From: Blasia pusilla
Taxonomy: Eukaryota
DNA length: 64,000 nt
NCBI GenBank assembly: GCA_050084515.1
Contig: CM114271.1
Span: forward strand, 13,516,001 to 13,580,000
Direction: 5' to 3'
How positions within the stretch are numbered: the stretch's first letter is position 1; each line of letters starts with the position of its first letter. The notes beneath the pieces were generated by a model, which made no database searches, had not been told where the DNA came from, and worked only from the letters and a program-made list of their open reading frames with translations. Of the stretch, positions 37,336 through 51,640 are shown piece after piece. Made by a program: the position numbers and the translations under genes.

Positions 37336-39454
37336 ACTATGAAATTTTTACTTATATTCTCCATCTAATGGTTCTAACCTGGTCCATGATTACCATATAT
37401 AGTTTGGGCATTACAATGAACCAAATGGCCTTTGGCCAAATTTAGTGCCCATACATCAACAATCGTAGAGAGCAAGTGCACCACATGGTAGTAGAAAAAT
37501 AGTTACTCGAAAAAATCATCCCCATACACCACTTAGCTCATGAACGGTTCATGATTTATAATTTCAATACAAGAGGCTAAGAGGTCCATCGAAAAATCCC
37601 AACCTTCACCATGAAATCAACAAATGGGTGTGTAAAATGGGAAAAAAAAACTTGGAAGGATGATTAGAAACACTACTAAAAATGAATTTGTGATTTATTG
37701 GCTACTCATTCATATTTTTCACGTGGAAGATAGTTCTTTATTTTTGGAATAGGTTATCGTCTTTTAAAATTTTATTTCGTGAGAAAATCCCTTATGTATG
37801 AAAGGAAATATGCACCTCATCATCCCAATTTCACTTATTTAAACATAATCATTTCATAAAAATTACTTTCATTCTATAAAATTCCAAATAGAGGAAATGA
37901 GCAAATAGTTAATTCATAAATAACATATAACTTAGTAGTTACTTTTTCTTTCCATGAAAAAGAATATGACACAACATCTAGATAGGAAGCTAACTTTCTT
38001 TAGAAGAGACTTTCCTCAAGAAGCAACAAGAAGAGGTCGAGTGGATTTTATAGGAGAAACCAAATTTAGTGTCCAAATCCTAATGTGAGATGCCCTACTT
38101 TCTTAAGAACCTTAACTTTGCTTAGTCTTAGAAACAAAAGAAATCTGAATTTTCGTAGGATCTATTTAAGAAATTATCCATGTACGCGTCATTCTCTAGA
38201 AATTTCCTAATTTGAGATACATACTTTCTTAAGCATCATGCTTAATTTTACGATTATTTCCTTAGAGAAAGTTTTTTAAAAATTCATACATATGATCCAC
38301 ACTCCTCATTTCTAGAGAAAAATGTTTTGTCCATAGTAGATTTGTGGATAAACAAACTGTCAATAATTTTTACGTGTTTTATAAAACATCTAATTTTTCT
38401 CTCAATATTTTACATATTGATTTTATTTTCATTTCACATGAAATTGGATTTTTGGCATGATTTTTTAAAATTTACGTATTAAAATGCACAAACACCTTGG
38501 TGCACTGTAAAGATAATTTAAATCACCTACTATTAACGTATGATTTCAACGTTGATTTCTTGAATCAACGTTGAAGTATTGCGAGTTATCATAATATAAA
38601 CGTACAAAAATTAGTTGAAAATAAATAATAATATGAATTAAAAAATATTTATAAAGATATACGTGCAAAGATATAATTATGTTTGGGGTGCTTAAGACCC
38701 AGTCCCGGCTCCTTGCCAAGTCGCCGTCGAGATAGTTGACTCCGTGTTTTGAAGGCGCGAACTAAATTCGAATCCCATAAATGCAATCCGTCGGATTAAG
38801 AAAAATGTGGAAAATACGGGCCGGGTCACCGGGCATGGGACCGGGTCCTTATCCTCAACTAGAGGGAAGTAATGGCGAGAAAGTTGGGGCGTGGCTAACT
38901 ACGACCAACCCAGAAAGTACGGAAACGTATTTTCCTCTCCATTCATACTCTGCAAAGCAGAACTCTGTCACCGTCGACTTCTTGTTGAAATAATATGCTG
39001 TCTCGCTTGTCGATTTCAAAGGGGCGCGTCGAGTTCGTGAGTGGCAGAGGCCGTCTGATTGGTGAGTTATCGTCCTTCTTTGTTTAGTGATTGGATTCCT
39101 GCGAGGTTTCAATTGCGTTTCGATTGGTCTTTCTTCCAGCCGTTCGTCTCTTCAATGAGTGTGTGATTGATTTCTTGCCCGCTGGACGTCTGAGCAGAGT
39201 TCCAGGCAACATCATCATGTAGAAGGTGATATTTAGGAAACTGACTAGGATACATGTGTCTCTTCGCAAAGAAAGCCTCTTTCTCTGCGGCGCTTGGGCT
39301 AGAGATCGAGTGTTGTAAGGTTTTACAAACGCTTGGAGTGGAGCATCTGGACTTAGGGACGGAGACGGCGGAGGATTTGAAGACATACAGAATGGGCGGA
39401 GTTCGGTAAGATTCACTGAAGATTGGAGAAGAGCAACCGGACTGAGGGAAGGCG

Positions 39455-39839
39455 ATGGCAGGTGACGAGAAGGGACAGAGCTTGAGGACAGAAACTACCC
39501 CGTTGCTGGAGGATGATGATTTAGAAAAGTATTCTACATGTGACGTTGAGAAGGAATCGGCGAGGACACTATGGGAATACATAAAGGCAGAAGTTGCCTG
39601 CTACTCAAAGTACATGTGTCCTGTTATACTACTCCTGTCCTGGGATCATAGTTTTATTGCTCCTGGCTTTCTTTCATATTCTGTAGGGGATTTCAATTGT
39701 TATTATCGTCATCAACCCCTCATATGTGAAACTCCTGTGTAACATTTATTACATATCCATTCAATTTCTCAAACATATTCCTCATCATCGCTGATGATTT
39801 CTGCACAGAGAGTGGCGCGATTCCGGGCTCAAATTTTAA
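39455..39839 (+). CDS. Possible small two-exon protein (~61 aa; exons 39455-39609 and 39809-39839) or a truncated gene
   Basis: Good start context GCGATGG. GT-AG intron with CTGAT branch point and CACAG acceptor. Product MAGDEKGQSLRTETTPLLEDDD...KEWRDSGLKF. Upstream leader-like region with a GTGAGT donor at ~39062. Confidence 0.4.
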
Positions 39840-40179
39840 GAATAAAGCGTACACTCCGCAAATTTAAAAATTGTGCTGAGGTTTGGATTGCGGAGATACT
39901 TCATCGAATTGGTGCCATAGCCAAGACCTCAAGGACGGCCGCCTTCCTCAGATTATGAACGCTTTGTCGGTAAACGCGTATAAGATCTGCATTTGCGAGA
40001 CACTATGTGGTTGTCACGCGGCGTATGATAGCTCCTGAAGATGTGTCTTCATTCATTCACCTGCTGAATTCAACTGATAGCTCATGGCCGATCCTTTACC
40101 GAGGACCGTAGGATGTATGCACACTTTCTTTAAGCAGATTAAGTGTATAATAAACTGTCAACCTTTAGTAGGCATCTGG

Positions 40180-40261
40180 GACGCTTTGGCCGAGTGGTTA
40201 AGGCGTGTGCCTGCTAAGTACATGGGGTCTCCCCGCGAGAGTTCGAATCTCTCAGGCGTCG
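40180..40261 (+). tRNA. trnS-GCU: tRNA-Ser (anticodon GCT)
   Basis: Acceptor stem GACGCTT/AGGCGTC, A box TGGCCGAGTGG, anticodon arm TGTGC-CTGCTAA-GTACA, long variable arm GGGG..CCCC, T loop GTTCGAATC, discriminator G, T run ~28 nt downstream. Confidence 0.97.
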
Positions 40262-40303
40262 TCCCAAGTAGTAGTAAATAACCTTCACTTTTGTATTTCT
40301 CAT

Positions 40304-40830
40304 GGAGAGCGAAGTTGCCCACTTCTTTCTCTCCCTAAGCACGCATATATATAATATATTCTACACTCTTAAATATTATTTTTATTATGAAAATAATCTC
40401 AATAGACGAAAAGTAATACTAAAAAAATATTGGATGGACATGAAATTAGGTGGTGATTAAAGAATTATTAGCTTTGATGAAAGCGGTCCCATCCACCTTA
40501 ACTTGACTATTAGCTCATGTTAAACCTTAAACCTACCACATGTCATGTTATTAGCTCATGTTAAACCTTAAACTTGCCACATGTGTTAAGGAGAAGAAAG
40601 CCCTTGCATGAAATCCCATATTCTTTTAATAATATGGATTATACCATAAATAGAGAGCGAAATTGCCCACTTCTTTCTCTCCCTAAGCACGCACGCAAAT
40701 TGTATATGTTATAATGTGTTCTAAATTGTTAAATGTGATTTATTGTTAACATAAAAATAATTCTCAATAGATGAAAAATAAGCCTTAAAATAGTAATAAA
40801 TGGACATGAAAATTAATGGTGATTAAAAAA
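40304..40830. repeat. Diverged direct repeat (~160-180 bp, period ~350 bp) downstream of the tRNA
   Basis: GAGAGCGAA.TTGCCCACTTCTTTCTCTCCCTAAGCACGCA at ~40304 and ~40652 with continuing similarity. Inner repeat TTAGCTCATGTTAAACCTTAAAC occurs twice. Confidence 0.85.
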
Positions 40831-42885
40831 TATAATACCAGAAATAATTCTTGAGGGAATGGTTAACCAATGTTTTATTATAAATGTCAAAAATAATAAC
40901 AATGTATAGAAGGATTAAACGAGGAAGGATAAATGTGTGATTCTTGACGTAATGGTGGACACATGTGTATTATAAATATCAAAAGACAAATCAAATACCA
41001 ACAATAATAACAAATCAACATAAAAATTAGAGATAATGCCAAAAGAAGGACTACGCAAGAAGGGGTGAATTTATGATTCTCAAGAGAATGGTGAACATAT
41101 GTTTTCATAAAAGTATTAAAAGACAAAAGTAAGTAGTCGAAAGCTTACACTGCAAAAGGAATAAATGTATCAATCACAAGCCTCAATATGTAATTAAACT
41201 CCTTGATTCTTTCTGTTGCATCGATACGGAAATGGTGAGCTATTGTTTTCAAGAAAATATCAAAAGATAAATATAAGAACCAAAAAATTGCACTGAAAAA
41301 GGAAGAAATCCATTATATCTCACTACATTACTTAACTCTTTGATTCTTGATGTTGCATTAATCGTGAAATAGTGAGCAAATATTTTCAAGAAAATATCAA
41401 AAGACATATGACATACGCTATGGAAGACAAAATGAAAGAGTAAGAGGATTTGAAATAAGTTAAGCCCGTATTCATGTACCCTTACATGAGCGCATATGGA
41501 CTTGATTAGTTTCTGAGGATGCCTTGGAGGAATGTTGGAAAAGTTGATATGGTTTAAAATTCTTTGAGATAAGCTTTTGAAGTCGATTAGACCCTTCTAT
41601 AATCAAGTGATTGAAAGGGGAGAGAATTCCTTGTCAAGCAAGTGGAAGAAGAGTTCGAGAAATTTTGATTTGTTGTTGAAATGATAAATCCTCCTTCTCT
41701 ACATGGGGCATCTCCTTGGAAAAACCTTGAAGTCATAATGACTCATAATGAGGGCGATCAAAGTCCAATTCCCCAAAGATGCTGATGGTGCACATGCCAC
41801 TATAGAGAAAATCCCCATGCCTCCAAAAGAATAGGCAAGATAGCTTTTTATGAAACCAAGACATCATCATCTCCCTCAAATGTATTTAGACTAAGAAATT
41901 AATAAAAAAAGTAATCATGATAGGAGTGTTGAAAAATGCTATATAAGAACTCTAAGATGGGAGGATAAGTGCAAAGAATATGAGAAGGACATCGTAGAAA
42001 ATTTTAGACAAAATCCAATTAGCGACATGGGCATGCCTTAGAAGAGTTAACAAATGAAGAACTCCCTTGTCTAAGCGCTTGGATACATAATCTATGAAGC
42101 CAGTTAATTCCAAACGGCCTTGTCTAAGAACTTGGATACATAATCTATGAAGCCAGTTGGGACACAAAGAACTTGAACTTGTTCAATACATATTGTAAGA
42201 TCATGAGCAAGTGGGATGAATGTATAAAAATGATCCTACTTGACATTTACTTGTTTGGACTTCAAAGTTTAAGATAGACATTTCCTCCAAAAAATGATCA
42301 TAAGCATTAAATACTTCATGAAGAGGACTTATGATGTGTGTATCATGAAGAATAATAGAGAAGAGTCAAGATGGAAATATTGGGTTAATGCTCAACCTAA
42401 ATTTCTCCCTATTCCAATCTCTCTATAATGTAGGTATGCAATCAAATCACTCTGTGAAGGTAAGATGGTGGTCAAGGTAACACTCCCTCCTTGATATACT
42501 CAAGTGTTGAGGAAGACCCTCCAATAAAATCTATCCCAACCCAAACCTTATGACCTTCTCTAATTGTCTCACCATACTTTATCTTATCTTTATACATTTG
42601 GACCAATTGACTATATTCACTTTACATGCTTGATCTACTTGTCACATGTTATTCTAACCATATGGAGTTACTTGGTCTCCCTTGACCTTGACGCACTTTT
42701 TACATGTTTTCCAAGGTATTTGTGGTTATTGGGTTTTCACTTATCTAGCACTCTACCTACCTTGATTATTCTATGTGCATCTTTAGTTGTAACCAATTTC
42801 TTTTGGTTACACTCGAAGAGCACAAAAATGTGTGATGGAAAAAAGTTGGCCATCCATGGGATCACCTTGATGCATCCCACATGGT

Positions 42886-43243
42886 TAGGGTTGCACACAG
42901 TCAAAGTCTGTATCTGCAGACTTATATCCGTCCCTAGCTAGGACGGACATGTCCGAGCGGACACAATTACCTGTGGCCCGAATACGAGCCCTCCATCCCG
43001 CCATGTTTAAGCCTTGCGCATGACGAACCTACCTTGCGGGCCTAGCTATAGGCCACAAAACCGGTGCAGGCGCGGCCAACTTGTGTCCGCGCTACGGGTT
43101 CGGCGAGCTCTGGGGACGAGCTCGAATGTAGGTTGCAAGTACTTGAGCATCATGTCCGTGGACATGTCTAGACATAGTATGCAGTCATGTCCGTCCGGAC
43201 ACATTGGGACATGGACGGACATATCTGTTTCCGTGCAACCTTG
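42886..43243. mobile_element. hAT-type MITE (358 bp)
   Basis: TIRs TAGGGTTGCAC / GTGCAACCTTG. 8-bp TSD CACATGGT / CACATGCT (7 of 8 match). Internal GGAC/GTCC subterminal repeats. Confidence 0.85.
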
Positions 43244-43599
43244 CACATGCTGATTGGATAATGTATTCTCTAGAAATAACATGCCGAAGGTGAGAATAGA
43301 CAATAGGTGTATCATAGACAAAGACGAAGCAAGAAAATGGATAGACACTCGCTAATGTGAGATTTCTAAGAACATGGTTTTTTTTAAAACTCATATATGA
43401 AAAAATAACCAGGATTTAAAAAAAAGATCACCTCTATTTGAAATTTTTTGAACTACATGGAGATGGTAGAAAAATATAAATTATGCCACTAGTATATTAT
43501 TTTCAACAACATATCACCTGACGTTAGGATAATATGATTCAACAACAGAAAGGGTCATGGTTATTCGAACTTGGCAAAGCTATGTTAGCATCCTTTCAC

Positions 43600-43726
<127 letters not shown>

Positions 43727-43879
43727 TTGTGTGAAGACCAGGGACACTCACCTGGCTCTGAGGACCCCTTAGGCCCTCGCTGGTGCTTGCTCTTTCTCCA
43801 AAATTGTTGTTAAGTCTCAATACTAAGTCCCATGGTCCTATGGGGTCCCCGTGGACAATAAATCTATTCATTCATTCAT

Positions 43880-45440
43880 TCTCTCTCTCGACAACCCATA
43901 TAATGATTGGTTCTCCCTGGCTGAGGTGGGAGCAGCGATCAAAGAACTTGTGAACCACAAAGCAGGCGGTGGTGATGAGCTTGTGAATGAGCTGTTAAAG
44001 TATGGCGATGCTGCTATGGCTTGTTCTCTAGTGAGTCTCTTCAACCAGGTCTGGCGGGCATAATTCATCCCACAAAGATGGCGGGTGGGAGTCATCGTGA
44101 ACCTCTTCAAGAAGGGTGAGCGAGAAGACCCTGGAAACTACAGGGGTATTACATTGTTGAGTGTAGTCGGGAAGCTCCTTTGCCGTATACTCAACAATAG
44201 GATCTCTGTGTACCTGGAGGAGAATTTGCATCAAGGAAGGCCAGGCTGGCTTCCAGCAAGCCCGAGGATGCGTGGACCACATCTTCACCTCCAGTCAGAT
44301 CATCCAGAGTAAGAAAAAAGAGCGAAAACCCACCTATTGCTTCTTCTTGGACCTCAAGAAGGCATATGACACTGTATGGCGTGACAGACTATCTTATAGC
44401 TTGTGGAAGGTGGGGCTGAGAGGGAAAATGTGGAGGGTGGTGGAGAAGATGTACAAGAACATAAGGAGTAAAGTTCTGGTGAATGGCCAAAAGAGTGGGA
44501 CATTCAACATCAAGCAAGGAGTGGCTCAAGGATGCCCGCTCTCCCCCACGCTCTTCAACATTTCGTGAATTCCCTATTGGAAGAAATGGAGGATAGTGGA
44601 CTAGGCATACGGGTGGGCAACAACTCTATTTTTGCCCTCATGTTTGCTGATGACTTTGGTGGCCTCGAGGAAACAGGAGAGAAACTCCAAGAGATGATCT
44701 CCCTGACCAAAATCTGGTGTGACATGTGGGGCATGGAGGCAAATGTACTGAAGTGCGGTGTGATGATTTTCAATGGCAAGGAGGAGGACCAAGACCAACA
44801 ATGGTACTGGGGTGACCAAGAGATCCCCCGTGTGGCTACATACAACTATCTGGGCATAGAATTCTCGGAAGATTCCATGTGGGATGCACACATTAAGAAG
44901 ACCACAAGAAGGTGAATGGTCTGTCCAGATTCCTACACTGTCGGGATATCACATTAGAAGTAAAGCGCTATGTCATTTTGCATACCATTCATCCCTCGCT
45001 GGAATACGGGGCAGCAGTGTGGGATGCCAACACCAAAAAAAAGGATAGGCTTGAAGTTGTGCAGCTGAAGGCGTTTTGAGGTATGATGTCAACCTCATCA
45101 CGAAGAGCCCGAGTTGGTGTGAGATCAGAACTAGGTGTGGAACCCTTGGAGGATAGACGTGACATCGCCAAGTTGAAATGGCGGAGGCAGCTGGAGACAA
45201 TGGACTCCCATTGCTATCCTAAAGAGGTGATGGGGAAAACCTGGACCCAAAGAAGACCCGTAAAGCAGGCCAAATCTTGGACGAATAAGGTGCAAGAGAT
45301 TGTGCAAGCATCCAAGCTCCCAACAGGGCCTGAATTGTGGGAGCAAGATGAGAAAGCATTCGTGGATATCATAACTAAAGAAGTCGTCAAACACTCACAG
45401 GAGAACATCACGGAGGAAGCCATGAAAATGTCTGTCTGAC
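43880..45440 (+). mobile_element. Truncated LINE reverse transcriptase (RTE/RTEX/L2-like; clade not resolved)
   Basis: KAGGGDEL..ELLKYG, LFKKGEREDPGNYRGITLL, FLDLKKAYDTVWR, QGVAQGCPLSPTLFNI, LMFADD, YNYLGI. Stops and frameshifts present. Confidence 0.9.
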
Positions 45441-45504
45441 CTCTCTCTTTTGACGGTATATCCCGAGAGGGCAGAATTGAAGAACTATTTGCGAGGAAGT
45501 AAAC

Positions 45505-46386
45505 GACATGTTGCAAGAGTTGCAATGTGTTGGATTCTAACGGGTTGGAAGGGGTGCAACCTGTCGGATTCCAACATTTAGGGTCTGAATGAAGGGACAT
45601 GGTTGCATCAGTTCCTCTTTACTCTTGACAACTATCAACCTTTTGATTCAATTTTCGTGTCAATTTGATCACATTTTATTCTTGATGCATACATTTCTCA
45701 ATGGCTGAGAGAATGGTGAAACCAAGTTGTCAAACACACATCAATCCATGGTATACTTTATGCACCCATTCATCAGCCAACATCATCCAATGATTTCATG
45801 AAAGTCTTCGGTTACCATCAGTGATGAGTGATTTTTTCTATTGTGGAAAACCCCCTCATGGATGAATATTGATCGGATGGGATATTTAATGCCTTTTGCA
45901 AAAAGAGTCAACAATCCATAATGTCAACCACATCTTCAGAGAAGTTAAACCTTGAAGGGAACAGGAATCTATTGAGACAATAGTTAGTCTTTATTTGAAC
46001 CTTTCATTAAGATGAAATTGCTACTTCTGGTCAAATTATCTGCCGATGGTCCTCCAACAATAATACCCCTCAGCCCGGCTTACTATAGACTTAGACAAGC
46101 AATGTGAAGAAAATTGGGCTCACATGGAGAGTGATGGAAGAAAGTTTCGAGTGGTCTTATGATGTCTACTTTTTTTTCCAAGCCTGGAAAAAGAAGGTTA
46201 ATTTAGGCCCGAATGTGGTCCACTTGCTACTCTCTTCTGAAGATTTCATGAATTTGAAAGCAAACAAAAATGTCAAAATTTTTTGAAGAGAAGAGGCGGA
46301 TTTTGCCCTTTTCTTCTAAGAGAGACTCTTCTCTCTTCCTCTCTTCCACTCCTCTCTTACTCTCTCCTGCCAGAATACCAGCCCCC
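45505..46386 (-). mobile_element. Second, inverted copy of the unclassified repeat starting at 5313
   Basis: Same terminus (GGGGGCTGGTATTCTGGCAGGAGAGAG on -) and colinear similarity to ~5313-5850, with an extra internal segment. Confidence 0.8.
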
Positions 46387-46632
46387 GTCAGAGGGGTGTA
46401 TGTGGTGCACATCTGTTGCTTTCCCACATGTTCTTGTGATGACTTTGTCCAAAGAGAGACAAGTGGGAAAAGGTATTTCCCTTGTAAGCACATAAACTAT
46501 GTGTTGCTTGTAGTTTTAACATGCTTTCTCTGAGAAACAAATAAGTCTATGGTAAAATCCATCTTGCACTATGACCGCCACCTTCATCACCTCCAATTTT
46601 GGATAAGTAGGGTGAATATCATTGTGTGTGCG

Positions 46633-46884
<252 letters not shown>

Positions 46885-49138
46885 TACGTATGTCTTTAAA
46901 ATTGTCTATCATATGTACCCATTTTCCATTATTCTTATTCCACTAGATTATGGTGTATGAAATCCCAATCTTGAAAGCATGGAGTTTACAATCTAAGGCA
47001 TTTTTACAATATAATTACAATGATATTGATCTAACTATAATTATGCATTTTAATCCTTGAATATGCAATAAATTATGTGAGCATAGTACTCCTCTATCGT
47101 GGACATCCACATAACTCAAGAAATAGCTCACAATCAAGAGTGAGGGCTCATCCAAGTCCTATAAGCTATCTAGGGGTTCTAACAGATGTGCCATCAGCCC
47201 CCTTATCATGTTTATCAAGACATATGTTAATTAGAGGAAGAATTGATCAGAGATACAATGTTGGTTCAAGGAAGATAAGGAGGAATCTCTATTAGGGGAT
47301 TCTAAATCTGAGGCACACCAAAGTGGTGATGACGATAATATGAAGAGTTTGTCCAACAAGATTTTGATGTTGGCGATGAAATTGTGATACATATTTTCCG
47401 ATAAGGATGCTCATATTCCATTAAACTCATCCGCTTGTACCTCTCCTTTATTCGTGGGACATTATGCTAGCTTTTAAATAAACTCTCAAAAGAAATATCC
47501 AATACCTAATGTATTCCTGTATGTATTATTTTGGCTCATAGATGATCAGCTCCACCCATAGGGAAATACAATACAATGTTCATATGGTTATACTCAATAA
47601 TGAATGCATTTGCAATTTAAAGGGATAATCAACACATTGAGTCCCAAGATTGCAAGGGATCTCACTATATATATGGAGTCATTACTTTGTATGTTTATGA
47701 TCATCTACTTCAAACTTATCATCACAACTACCATTTTTTTTTACAACCTTGCTATTATACTACTAAGAATAAGAGGCACACATTCACCATCTTAGTTCGT
47801 GAGTCATTTTTTTCCATTTATGACTACTTTGCGACTTTTTTATGGGTCCATTTTATGCAAGGCATTCACGATTCCAATATGGGTAGACCTTAGTTTAAAA
47901 ATATTCCAACTTTTACAAGTCAATTGCAAATAAGCTCCGAGTTACTCAAAATGCAACTGGTTTGAGAACACCTTGAATTGAAATTAACGAGTATGTCTCA
48001 TAAAATAAAAATATCAAGCATTTTAACTGAAAATTGCTATGAGACGTAATAGACTCACACAACTCTTGCAACACAATATTTTAGATGCGCTCGCAAATCA
48101 CTTGCATAACACTTGTAAATAAACTTACAAAGGAACTGACCAAAAAGAATCTTGGCCATAAATTTCCCTCTGATCTCTAAACCACTGCATTTTCACTTTC
48201 CCTCTCAAATTTTGTAGACTCCTATCCTCTCATTGCAACTAGTTTAAGGACAAGTAGATAAGTGAGATTCACAATGTTGGATTTTTTTCAGAATTCTCAG
48301 TTATAGACTATAAGAAATAAATCCCTCCTTGTAAACCCTAAAAAAACTTACACAAAATAGGAAGAAATTACAAAAATAAAGATCGATTCAATTTCAAGGG
48401 TCTTGCAACATAATTGCAAACTAATTGCACAATATTCACGTGCAAAATACTCATAGCATACTCTTAAAGTAGTAGTCCAACCCCAATTAAGACTTGCAAA
48501 AAAAAGAATAATTGTGAGCATCCTTGTATCCATAGTAGTGATATAAGAATGCTAAAGACTAGCTCAAAGGTGAAGATGGAGAGTGATTTGAGGAGCCACT
48601 AATGGTGAATTTAAGAAGTCACATTCTAGTTACCACAATGTTCACTTAGGGAGCAAATCTATTAGCTAGGTGTTACATGCTAGAGAGAGGGAGCCTTTGC
48701 AATTTGGCACATGGCTATATGGAGAGTTGGTAGGAAGGATTCATTTTTATATGCAATGAAATTTTATTTTTTGCTTAATTAGAAGACTAATATATAAGGT
48801 GATTTCATGAATATAGTCTTCGTACAATTGAATTGGTGTTAGACACAAGGTATGCAAAGGATATATAGAGAGTAAGCTTGATGATCATAACCATAAGGAA
48901 AAAAATATTGAGTGGTGAAGCTTCATAAGCTATACCTCCATGAGAGGTTCTCCCATCCATAAATGCAAGTTTGAAAATGGGAAAGAAATATAGTGGGATG
49001 TCTAATATAAAGGATGAAAAAATCAAACCAATTTTTTTTAGGATATGTATTTGAGCATAATTTTTTAACTTGAGAGTAGCCAAAGTAGCTCAGAGAGTTT
49101 AGAGTAAAGTCAATGCTTATAATTAGAAGGACCCGACA

Positions 49139-49751
49139 TGTTGTGCGCATACACATCGCTACACAATCCACATCGTTGGTTACATCTACACACCACACAA
49201 CATCGATCTTCCCAAATCTACTCATAAACAAAATACACTCCCATATAAATATGGAGACCACACATCTTTCTCACGTAAAATCAGAGTAAAAACGGCTCAC
49301 CCGATCTAAAACTCCACTCTTGAATATACATAGGCATATCGAGCCTCTTCCATCTTTCGCTTTGAGGGAATTTGGACACTATCATCCTAGCTCTTACCTC
49401 ACATGAGCAAGAGAGGTGCTCCAACAAGCCAACTTGAGAAAGAGCTTCAAAAAGCCATCTCTCTATCCCTTATAAATCCTTGAGAAGAGCCAAAAGGCTC
49501 TTTCCCTAAAAATAGCCATCCCTTGGTAACTTGTGTTTAGTGGTTAGCAAGGAACCAATGACCTGCTCAATAACTCACCTTGTTGTCAAAGACCAAAATA
49601 GGAAAATTTTCTAAAATATGTTCATGACATAACGGACCTATCCTCAACCTCATTTGACACCTTAGGACGAGGTTATACCCAAGACACTCCGTTGACTCTC
49701 TATGCCATCGACGCGATAGAACTCTACCTATCAATAACCTAAGATGTGATA
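49139..49751 (-). mobile_element. Solo LTR (~610 bp short variant of the 1888-3251 family)
   Basis: Minus strand starts TATCACATCT (TGTCACATCT in the 1888 copy) and ends ATGCGCACAACA. Flanks GACA/TACA may be a decayed TSD. Confidence 0.8.
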
Positions 49752-51439
49752 TACATGAAAGTATAGGATAGATGGAAGTGAAGAGGCTATAAGGATGCAA
49801 GAGAAAGAGAGCAAGTGCCAAAGGAGGTGCATACATTCATATTCAAAACCTAAGGGTTATATCTCATGGTTTTTAGATGAAAGTTTTCTCCTCACATAAA
49901 ATATTAAGCTAAAATGAAGATAATTTGTGAAAGAGAGGTGAAACCATTTGACCCAAGCTAGAGTAGGGGTTAAATTTATATGAATGTTAGTGGAGGAATA
50001 CAATTCAAGCTAGAGATAGGGTAGCAAATATGAGAATGCATAATATAGACAAAGAAATCTAGAAGATTCTTAACACTATGGAATACAAGTATGAAATGTT
50101 GATAAAAGGAACATATGGAAGGTTCAAAACTATGAGCTTCTACTTGGAAGGGACATTTGATCAAGTGTAGGTAAGGAATCCATAAGGTTCTTTAATAAAG
50201 TTATATGATAAACTTTTTTTATCATATATTATGTATAAAAGAGACAATGGATAGGGATCGGTCGACAAGTACATTATATTTTCTACTTCTAAATTATGTA
50301 AATTTGTGTTTAATACATGATTTTCCCCAAAAGGACTAAATTACCAGTCAACTGATCCAATTAAAAGAACAAGGATTCTCTTTTAACAAATCATTTTCCC
50401 TCTTTCATTCTTCTCATTAGAGTTCTCAAAATCCCCTCAAAACTCTATCTCAAGTAAGGATAAAGTCTCTATGTACTAAATGAGTAATTCAATTTATGAA
50501 CAAAGAAAAAGAGATATATTAACAATCTTGTGACTTCTATGATGTCTTCCTAGAGTCAAAACTCAATCTACCTTCAGAGCTTACTCTTTGTAAAAAAATC
50601 CCAACACCACACACAAAGTATATCACTCCTCTTGAGCCACCTACTCACAGGAAGTATATTCATGAATCTTCAATCACATCAACGACATCTCCACATACAC
50701 AATACAAAAAAATATGAACTCATTAAGAAGTTAAGAGATCCTCAAGACTACACACAACTCCTTATGGTTGTTTCTAGTCTGTTCAATTGCATCTCCCACC
50801 AAGATCAAGTAAAATGGTTTCTTAGACTACCGTCTAGTCATATTTGTACATTATCCTTCATAAGAATTTATTTTATATTTTATAAAGATCCCCATGGCGC
50901 ATATCCTATTGTAACTAGGTTTCTCTTCAAATCTTCAAATTGTCAAAATTCATTACTGAGAAACACCCAACTCAATACTTCCTAGCCATTTGGAACTAAC
51001 TTATTACTATGCATGTGGTTCAATATTTCTAAGATCGCCTTTGGTATGCGACTCTAACTACCTATGTATGCTCTCCTAACTAACTATTTACTTTGCATAG
51101 AGTTTCCCAATTAACATTTCTTCAAGGATTTTCTTTACTTTTCCTCATTATTGATGTATGTTCAATCTCAATAAGACATGTTTCCAAGGCTTTATCATGT
51201 CTTTTATGATGGATCGACAAATATCCATAGGGCATCTTTGGAGGGATTGGAAGACAACCACAAGAGGTTGAGGATGACCTACTAAGGCCTTGGATAACCT
51301 AAGAGAGCAAGTTTCCCCTGCGTTTAGGCTCATTTAAAGCCAAATAGAGAAACTTATTGTTTAAGGTAATTTCCTATTATGAGTATAGTTGACTTTCCAT
51401 CTTAAGAGGTGGCCCTTGATCCCCAAAAATAGGTCAAGA

Positions 51440-51640
51440 GCCATGGAGGTAACCTACAAGCATAAATTATCGTGGAGAGAGTTTAGGAGGGGGAAGAAGG
51501 TATATCCAAAGAGAGGGAGTTTTGGAGCTTATTTTCTCTTTGTTGAACCTCTTGGCATGAGACGTTAGAGTTATGGTCCTCCTAGCCTTGTTAGTAATCC
51601 AAGCCTCTCATTAGGAGAGTGGACTTGGTTTGACATAAGA
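51440..51640 (+). mobile_element. LTR fragment (same family)
   Basis: Matches ~2860-3060, e.g. TTTGTTGAACCT.TTGGCATGAG and AGCCTCTCATTAGGAGAGTGGA.TTGGTTTGACAT. Confidence 0.75.
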
